Source: Octopus sinensis (Eukaryota). From it: DNA of 64,000 bases. Below the pieces are notes generated by a model, which had not been told where the DNA came from, made no database searches, and saw only the letters and a list, made by a program, of their open reading frames with translations. A program made the position numbers and the translations under genes. Shown in pieces: positions 56,169-64,000 of this stretch. Where the stretch lies: NCBI RefSeq assembly GCF_006345805.1, contig NW_021832226.1, forward strand, positions 186,001 to 250,000, in the 5' to 3' direction. Positions within the stretch are counted from its first letter, which is position 1, and every line of letters begins with the position of its first letter.

Positions 56169-57090
56169 TAATACCAAACTAAGTGGAATTAGCAGAAAAC
56201 TAAGTGAGGTCAATAGAAACCTAAGTGGGACTAACAGCAAATTGATTGGGATTAATAAAAAAACTAAATGGGATCGGTTATAAATATCAAATTTTGATCG
56301 AACAGATAAAAATGTTTTGTAAATTAATGCCACTCGATATCGGAAGGACAAGCGGAAGATCACTAAAAGTAACATGATCCACTACTTTAGCTTCTGCCTT
56401 AAAAAAGTTAAATATACATAATAATTGAATGTATCTCAAATCTATTAATCATTTACTATGAAATCCAAAAGGGAGCCTTTAAAAAAGAGCAGGCTTGTCA
56501 TTGGATGAAAACTTGTTTGAAGTAAGCAAAGATTAAACAAAGAGGTCTACCTATTATGGTGTTGAAGAATGGACCAGCTCACAGTGGTGTCGAGGAAGTT
56601 CTTCAATTGGAATAATTTCAATGATTTTCATATTCTTCGTATCGGCCCGTACAGTCTAATACTTACCCCATCAAAAATGTATGGTCAAAAGTAAAAGCTC
56701 GCGTGGAAAGAGACATCTCTTCTCTTAAAGACCAAATTTTATTCCAACAATTTGATCATTTAAAAAGCACTGAACACGAATATGTGAAAAAATAATTGTA
56801 GATAAAATAAAAAACAGCTATTAAAACATAATAAAACCGATTGGATTTAAAGATTGTGTGAGCTTTATTTCTGGAATACATTGAAATATTCTTGGAATAC
56901 TAAATATGGTTAACATAAATTTTAAACAAAATTTTTTTTGGTGTTAATCCCATTTAGTTTGCTATTAATTCCATATTGTTTAGTATTCATCCCGCTTTGT
57001 TTGTTATTGATTTCATTTAAATTTCTATTAATTCCATTTAGTTTGGAGTTAATCCCATTTGTATTTAGAAATTAATACCGTTTGTTCTAT
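56169..57090 (+). mobile_element. Degenerate IS630-like element with inverted arrays of about 21-bp subrepeats
   Basis: AAACTAAGTGG(A/G)ATTA-like units at 56169-56277 and complementary TAATCCCATTTAGTTT units at 56940-57080. Internal PYS...NVWSKVKARV remnant. Confidence 0.55.
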
Positions 57091-57479
57091 CGGATCCATA
57101 ATTTTAAGCGTCGTAATCATTTTATGATAATTCTCAATCCTTAAATTTGTTTCTTTGGTTTGATCTTCACAAGTAATCAATTTTTACATGTTTAAAAAAA
57201 TTTACAATTATTTGTTGAGTAACATTTTTTCAAATTCCTTAAACAGAAGACCATCTATTAAATTCAGCTTTTGGGGTTTTTTGCTTGAGAAAATGGATCA
57301 CTATCAAATATTTTTTGTTTATCAAGCCTGAGACCAGGTTGAAAAAAACATGTTCCATTTCATATGTTTGTTATCATCGAAGTAGATTATTATGCGTCTT
57401 TTTTCATCAAACATCCGTCTATATAGAATTGCGCATGTTGGATAAAGCGTGGTTAAAATTATCTTATATTAAAAGTTAA

Positions 57480-57800
57480 TTTAAGCAAAACTCTTTGATC
57501 CCTTCATCTTTAGCCCTGCAATAAGTATGGCTTAAGGCGGTCCAGAAAGTTGGTGATCCATTGAGTTCAATCGGTGTGAGAACTCGAAGGTGTGCATTAA
57601 AGTGTATACCCCAATACACACCTCGATTGTTTTCCAGAACAAAAAACCCGATATTTTGGTTCACGATAAGGTCATCAGAGATAGTATTATCGTGGAGGTT
57701 GGCATCACGTGCCTAGATCGTTTGCAGACAATGGAAGTAGGGAAAAGTAGGAAGTATTACTTCATTGCAAACGAACTAGGGCTGATGGATCAGTTAAATA
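57480..57800 (+). mobile_element. R2/NeSL-type RLE non-LTR remnant
   Basis: NKKPDILVHDK...IVEVGITCLDRLQTMEVGKSRKY (PD-(D/E)xK-type). Confidence 0.7.
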
Positions 57801-58125
57801 GTCAGCGAGAGGGGCTGGACTGCACCTTCTCGTAGTTAGAATATTAATTAGTTATTTTATTAAATGCACTCAATTTTAAAACTTTATGCGAATTTCGATC
57901 TTAAAAAGGGAAAGACGCAGACACCACGACATTGTTTTTATGTTTGAGAACGGAAACGTGTGTAAGCACCTCGAGGCAGAAAAAAAGTCGAGAACTTCAT
58001 CTCTAACTATAAAAATTATGGCAGAATTAAAATTAGTATTGTGTTATCTGTATTTTGAAAACTTAAGTAAATTTTCATTTTTTAAGGGATAAGGTCTGTA
58101 TTAATCGATTAGAAATAAACATCAG

Positions 58126-60608
58126 TTAGAGATCGGTAGGATTATAAAGTTGATTAACGGTTTTTTCCAAATTATATTCAGCTTGTGAACTAAGATTTCT
58201 AGAGTGGATCTGACATTAAAAATATAAACAATAACCTCGTTAAACATTATGGTAGGCACAAAACGTATTGGATTAAAATAAGTCAACTGATATTCTTGAT
58301 ACATCCCAATCAATCTCCACGATAGAGGTCCTTGATAACAACGAAGGATAAAATTTCTATCAGTTCTGGAAACGCACTATACAAGTAATATATTAAAATC
58401 AACTCGCTCAACAGTCATTATTGGTAGTTCGTTAAATTCAGACATGACGCATTGTGTAAAGTTAATTAATTCAAATTGAGAATTACAGTCCGACCTCTAA
58501 ATGGGGCACTAAGTGCCTCAAATCAGAGGTTTCCCCAAAAAAGAGGTTTTTCAAAAAGCTCAATAAATAAAGAAAAATAACATTATTTTTTAAAATAATC
58601 AGTTAATTTTTCTCCATATTTATATTTATTTTTAATTCCTAACGACACTTTCTTTCTGAATTCATAAAAATCATGAAGAGAATCTTGAATCAAATCAAAG
58701 ATGTTTGTCTCTAAGTTTTCCATCAAACTTAAAATTTGTGATATTGATGGTTCGCAGCTTATATTCTCATAGATATTTGGATCATTATCTTCTATTTCAT
58801 CAGAACATTCATCAATAACATTATTAAATATTTCTTCAGATGATTCATTTATGCAACTCGAGTCTGATGGAGATTGTCGAAAAACTTTTTGCCAGCAGTT
58901 ATAAATAATATCCGCAGATACATTATTCCAAGCATCTGAGATTATTGTTACCACTTGCCGCAAATTTAATTTGGATAAGACTCTATAAACAAATCCTGGT
59001 CGTCTTGAAAACATAAAAATCAATTAGACAATTCAAATAATTATCCTTGAAATTTTTAATGATTCCAGCATCCAATGGTTGAAGTATTGGTGTCGTATTT
59101 TTTGGTAAAAATAAAAAATCAACGTTGCTAAATGTCGATATTTTGTGGCAAGCAGCGTTATCTAATAACATTAAGATTTTTCTTTTTTAATAATCATTTT
59201 TTCATTAATTTTTTTGAGCCAGGATATAAAAATGTCTCTTGTCATCCACGCATTTTTGGACGAAGAGTATAAAATTCCATAAATTTCGGGAGAAAATTTT
59301 TTGAAACATCTAGGATTTCTATATTTTCCGATTATTAATGGTTCAAATTTTTCTCTAGTGTAACTACAGCATAGATGAAGAGTAACTTTATCTTTACTCT
59401 TTTAAAGCCCCGTGCCGAATCACCAGTTTTCACGAATGATTTACGTGGGGTAAGTTTGATAAAAAAGAAGTTTCGTCACAATTAAAAATGTTCTCCTTTC
59501 CATATTGTTCAACTTTGATATTTAATTCTGATAAAAAATTCAAAATTATCGCATGATCAGCAGATGCGGATTCGCCTGACAATGTTCGGAATTTTAATTC
59601 ATGCCTCTGCTTGAATTTTTCTAACCATCCATTTGAAGCTTTAAACTTGTTTAAGCCCATTCTCGAAGAAACAGTTAGGGAAATTTTTTTAAAAGAGTTC
59701 CAGAAACTGGAACATTCTGATCCCTTAGACGCTGAAAAATATCAAGGACTTTTCTATCAAATCCGTTTTTATTTTCACTTAATGATGAGGAAAGAAATCC
59801 TTTTTGATAAATGGAAGAATATTTTTTTTTATACGAAAAATAGTTCCCTTGCTAGTATTGTACATTATGGATAATCTCCTCTCAGAATGTTCTTTCTTTA
59901 AAAGATGATCAGCAATCTTCAACTTGGTCTCATAATTCAAAGGCATTACACAAGAAATTTGAAATGAAACGTGTCTTAAAATATTTATTTTTTAAATTGG
60001 TATAATTAATTTTATTTAATAAAAAATCAATGCCCCAAATAGAGATGTTAAAATTAATTGATTTTTTATAATTTGGTTAAAAAAATTTATAATGCCCCAA
60101 AACAGAGTTTTCCCCAAAAAAGAGGTGCCCCACTCCTGGAGGTGCGCCCCAATTAGAGGTCGGACTGTAGTCAGTAATTTATAACCACAAGCCTTTTTAG
60201 AGTCAAAATGACCCAAATACCAATAATCTATTTCGATTACACTCTTTTTGACGATGTTGACATGAGAAATTGTATGCCCCGTTCTCAAATGATATCTAAA
60301 TTTGTTTATGAGTACTACTTTAGCTATTCCAAATGGTACAATTGTAGCATATACTTTGTCAGAAATTTTTGGCCAAGATTTATAAAGTTGATTTATGATA
60401 AATCGTGAAGAATATGGACAGTTCGCTTCAATAAATATCGCCATTTTTAATTTAGGGCGACTCAAACTCTACATAAATGTATTTCATATGTCTGTACCGT
60501 GTGTTCATTTTTAAGAAAATCATTTTTTAATAAGATTACCGATACCAAATATAACAAAACACATAAGAAAGCCCTAAATAAATGAAAACAATAAATTAAC
60601 CTGAACAT
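58126..60608 (-). pseudogene. IFI30: GILT (gamma-interferon-inducible lysosomal thiol reductase)-like gene disrupted in an exon by Tigger
   Basis: Signal peptide MFRAFLCVLLYLVS, EANCPYSSRFI (CXXS), VPFG, signature CQHRQKECNRNRLLAC, and downstream exons FTQCVM...FVPTIMFN after the insertion. Confidence 0.8.
58486..60167 (-). mobile_element. Full-length Tigger/pogo transposon with a frameshifted transposase (58583-59946)
   Basis: TIR CAGTCCGACCTCTAA(A/T)TGGGGC with TA TSDs. FKASNGWLEKFKQRH, FNCDET, AWMT, LLDNAACH and LQPLDAGII. Confidence 0.92.
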
Positions 60609-60819
60609 TACAAATTATGTTAATTTATTTTTATTAATTTCCCATACTTAAGCCTGCCTTTCTAAAATATATTCAAAATAATTAAATTATAATAAGTTTT
60701 ATAATATTTCAATTTTTCTTTAAATGGGAAAACTGTTAAAAAATGTTTGGTCAAACTCAAATGAACTTCCAATAAAAATTATGATATTCCGAACAAAAAT
60801 GTCAAATTTGAATAATTTA

Positions 60820-61560
60820 ACTAATAGACTCAAGAAACGCTCGGCCCGCCTCGCGAATAGCAAAGTTATTCCCACGAATCACGGCGATCGACAGACGTTT
60901 CAAGAGCACGGATGACTCTCTGGAATCGTGTCTTACTCTAGATATCCGTCGGCCGAGAGAGTGAAGGAAGCGAGCGTCCTGGGACCAAAGATTCTTAAGA
61001 CTCCAAAGCGATTGGGATGAAAAGGAGAGAATTCGAGAGGTGACCGTACTTGAGAATCTTGCGATCCTCGGTTAGCCAGGTTTGACAGCGGAGAGGGCGA
61101 GGTTTCCGAAGGTGGAGTCCCAAATAAGTTATTTAACCTGCTTTTAAAGAAAGGTGGTCATGCCGTCTGGGCGTTTTCCGTCTCCTCGGTCCAGCCCAAC
61201 CAGCTTGAGGATTGACGGGACACCCGCGGAAGCGAGGGCTCGCTGAATGATTGCGTTAGTTCACTGTGACAAGGGGCACGACTAGCACTCAGACGGAAAG
61301 CGAGAGGGTGCAAACCGTACTCGTCAACAGTTCCCCCACAGCGGCATTTATGCGCATAACAGATCTTCAGTCCGACACGAAGGGAGACTGCCATTATTAG
61401 TCAATCGTTTTCCATTAGATTCCCGATGGAAGGGAGAGGGAGAGCCTTTAACCAAGCACCGCTGCTTTCGCAGCGACCTGTACGTAGACATGCGAGTCGG
61501 TGTTGGTTAGAGACAAAGGCCAGAGCTTCGAAAGTCGCCTGACACTTTTCAAGGACAAGA
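60820..61560 (-). mobile_element. CRE-like non-LTR remnant
   Basis: SGAWL, VSLRVG, HKCRCG...GLHPL, RPDGMT, KILKY and RLSIAVIRGN. Similar to 31147-31597. Confidence 0.78.
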
Positions 61561-61565
61561 TTTTC

Positions 61566-61772
61566 TAATTTATCTGGTAGACATTTACATTCAGGAACTA
61601 TTTTAGCGGAACTAGTTAGTTAACTCCTGAATTTTCCAATTTAATATGGTAGACATTTACATTCAGGAACTATTTTAGCGGAACTAGTTAGTTAACTCCT
61701 GAATTTTCCAATTTATCTGGTAGACATTAACATTCAGGAACTATTTTAGTGTAACTAGTTAGTTAACTCCTG
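61566..61772. repeat. Three tandem copies of a unit of about 71 bp
   Basis: Unit AATTTATCTGGTAGACATTTACATTCAGGAACTATTTTAGCGGAACTAGTTAGTTAACTCCTGAATTTTCC repeated about three times. Confidence 0.9.
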
Positions 61773-61799
61773 GATCAAGTCTTATTCTTGTCAGGACAT

Positions 61800-61997
61800 A
61801 GTCCATGACTTTTAAATTATATGACTTGCCTCCGTTCGAGTCCAAATGAGGGCGGCTCATGGCTGTCGTTGCGGAAAAGTTGTCGACTCTAAGGGACTTC
61901 CTTCTCTCCCTTGCAAACTGAGTGCGATTAGTTTTTCTAGACATTCCGCTTTAAAAGACATTTTGGAGGGCTTTGAACTCAGTTGGCTCTCGTGTTA
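61800..61997 (+). mobile_element. CRE-like non-LTR remnant, opposite orientation
   Basis: AHGCRCGKVVDSKGL..L.CKLSA..FSRHSALKDIL zinc-knuckle region. Confidence 0.6.
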
Positions 61998-62005
61998 TTC
62001 TAGAC

Positions 62006-62926
62006 CAGTGGTTCTCAAGAATTTTGAGCCAGGGGCCGCAAAAATCAAATTTTTTATTTATAGGGGGCGCACATTTTTTTGTCAACTTAATGAAGATAAG
62101 ATATTTGTTATTTTAGGTTGAACTGAAGAAAATACATATGATTTTTGTTTTACTGTGTACATGCAATTTAGAGTTGCGTCCTATTGCCGCACATTTGTTA
62201 TATCAATAAATGAAAGAATTTATAAACTACTTTGTCATATTTTCAAAATCTGGTACGATATTAGATGTTAAAATCCGCAACATCTGATCTAGATGGATAT
62301 CCGTTAGTTCATTGCGGTATTATTTCCTAATTTTAGTATTTTAGTATCGTTACTTAGAGGTAACTTGTGTGCAATATCGAAAACAGCGGGCGAACAACAT
62401 TCCGATGCAAATATTTCGATTGCCGTTTTATATAATTCGCCATCAGAATAAGGCTTCATATTTTTAGCCAATAGGTAACTAATTTTGTATGATGCCAGGT
62501 TAATATTAGACGAATATGTCCCACTTTTGAAAGTGGATGATCGCTTTAAATAATCTTCTTTCATTTGTTTTAGTTTTTTCGTCCTAGGAACACCAGTGAA
62601 TTTGTCATAAAGAATAGAGTGGGAACAATAGTGCCGTTCGATTGTATACATTTTTAAAGTTACAATAATAGAATTGCATATTAGGCAAAAAGCCTTTCCA
62701 TTGATCTCAATAATGAAATATTTTTCTTCCCAGATGAGTTTAAAAATCCTATTTTCCTTGGAAATTTTTTGAAAACGTTTAGAATTCGACATCACAACAA
62801 CAAATAAAAAACGTGACAAAAATAAAATATTTATAGAAACACAAGCCCCTCAATTAAATCCTAGGGGCCGCAAATTAAATCCTAGAGGCCACATGCGGCC
62901 CCAGGGGCAGCACTTGAGAATCACTG
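62006..62926 (-). mobile_element. Internally deleted hAT (SPIN/GTF2IRD2-like) element
   Basis: CAGTGGTTCTCAAG...CTTGAGAATCACTG with 8-bp TSD TTCTAGAC. ORF has WEEKYF...CLICN...ERHY...H zinc finger and KPYSDGE. Confidence 0.9.
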
Positions 62927-62939
62927 TTCTAGACTCTAG

Positions 62940-63433
62940 AATATATACCAGAAATTATGAAGTAGATCTTGAGCTTTTTGTCAATCCTTTTTCCGTAAAA
63001 GTTTATGATTTACCTTCAAATATTCAAGAAGAATTTATTGAGTTAATAAATTTTTACGAGTAAAAAATCTTATTTGAATCTGCACCATTAATTAAATTTT
63101 GGTGTAAAATGATATCAAAATATCACAACATTGGATTTTATATAATCGATTTTTTGCTTCTGTTTCCGGCTACATATCTCTGCGAACAAGTATTTTCATC
63201 GTTTTTTAGTTTAAAATCAGTTCATGATGCGAGGCTGAATGTTGTTGATAATATTCAGTTGTGTCTTTCGTCAAAGGATCCAGAAATCGATAGATTAGTA
63301 GTTGAAAAACACCACCATCCATCTCATTAATTGAATAATTTTGTTCTTAATTTTTTAAAAATCGATAAGGGTTACGCGAAAAATTATTTAGATGGCAAAA
63401 GGTACGCAAGGAAAAAAAGTTCAAGAACCACTT
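62940..63433 (+). mobile_element. 3' part of a Buster/ZBED8-type hAT element
   Basis: Dimerisation-domain motif FPATYLCEQVFS...PEIDRLV...HPSH*, then terminus AAGTTCAAGAACCACT followed by TTCTAGAG. Confidence 0.78.
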
Positions 63434-64000
63434 TTCTAGAGCATGTGGTACTTGATCGCAGAGATAACGATTTTTTCGGGAGGGTAAATGTTTCGTTTGG
63501 GATGCCACCTGTGCTATTTTTTTGAAAACTTAATCTGGTTGACTTTTCCTGCATTCCCTGGACCATTCCTGAGTTTGTCGAGAATTCGGAAATCGTACAA
63601 TTTTTTTCCATTAATGAAAATTTCTGAATGACACATAATACGGGAGAGACCAGCAATGTTTTCGGTGTGAAGGTATGCAAATTCTTCTCTTTTTTGGGTT
63701 CTCTCATCTCAAAAAAAGTGTGTGACCCTAGAGAGTCCAGCTGGCTGTCCCTGTATGTTTGTTAGGCAACTGTACTCCGGAATTACATTGCAATTTAACT
63801 GATTGCAAAATGTTAAAAAATTACATTATCTGTCACAGGTAAGAGACGGAACCACGCCGGAGGCGAAACCTGGAGGCGGAATTTTTCAAATTGTTTTTAA
63901 AATTAAAATTATACACTAAAATATTTATTAAAACACTCAAATATACATTTTTTGCTCAAATTTATTTCACTTTTTCCCCAAGTGAAAAACTAACCCTAAC

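Noticed and set aside
63991-64000. TAACCCTAAC as a telomere
   Set aside because: Fewer than two repeats at the window edge, and the C-rich strand orientation is wrong for a right chromosome end.

Overview
AT-rich eukaryotic (almost certainly animal) genomic DNA with a very compact gene architecture: most introns are only about 23-35 nt. This is typical of reduced parasitic animals such as dicyemids, orthonectids or myxozoans; the taxon cannot be fixed from this window. Host genes: MYPT/PPP1R12-like, a SPATA48-like gene, DHX16/Prp2, HisRS, a small membrane protein, a DDAH-like gene lacking its catalytic residues, ATM, ZNG1/CBWD, COQ5, two Ig-domain membrane proteins and GILT. They are interspersed with many transposons: Tc1 IR/DR, Tigger/pogo, IS630-like, hAT, a Ginger-like integrase element, APE-type LINEs, and CRE-like and R2/NeSL-like remnants. 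The most striking feature is a full-length, TSD-bounded LINE (3483-8015) whose first ORF begins with a histone H3 N-terminal tail ([27 protein letters not shown]), 14 nt inside the element's 5' end and upstream of a gag-like ORF1 with three CCHC knuckles. Also notable: ATM and GILT are each split inside an exon by a DNA transposon, and host genes appear to switch from C-rich to G-rich from 5' to 3', including in their introns. Exon structures and coordinates were read by eye and are approximate.
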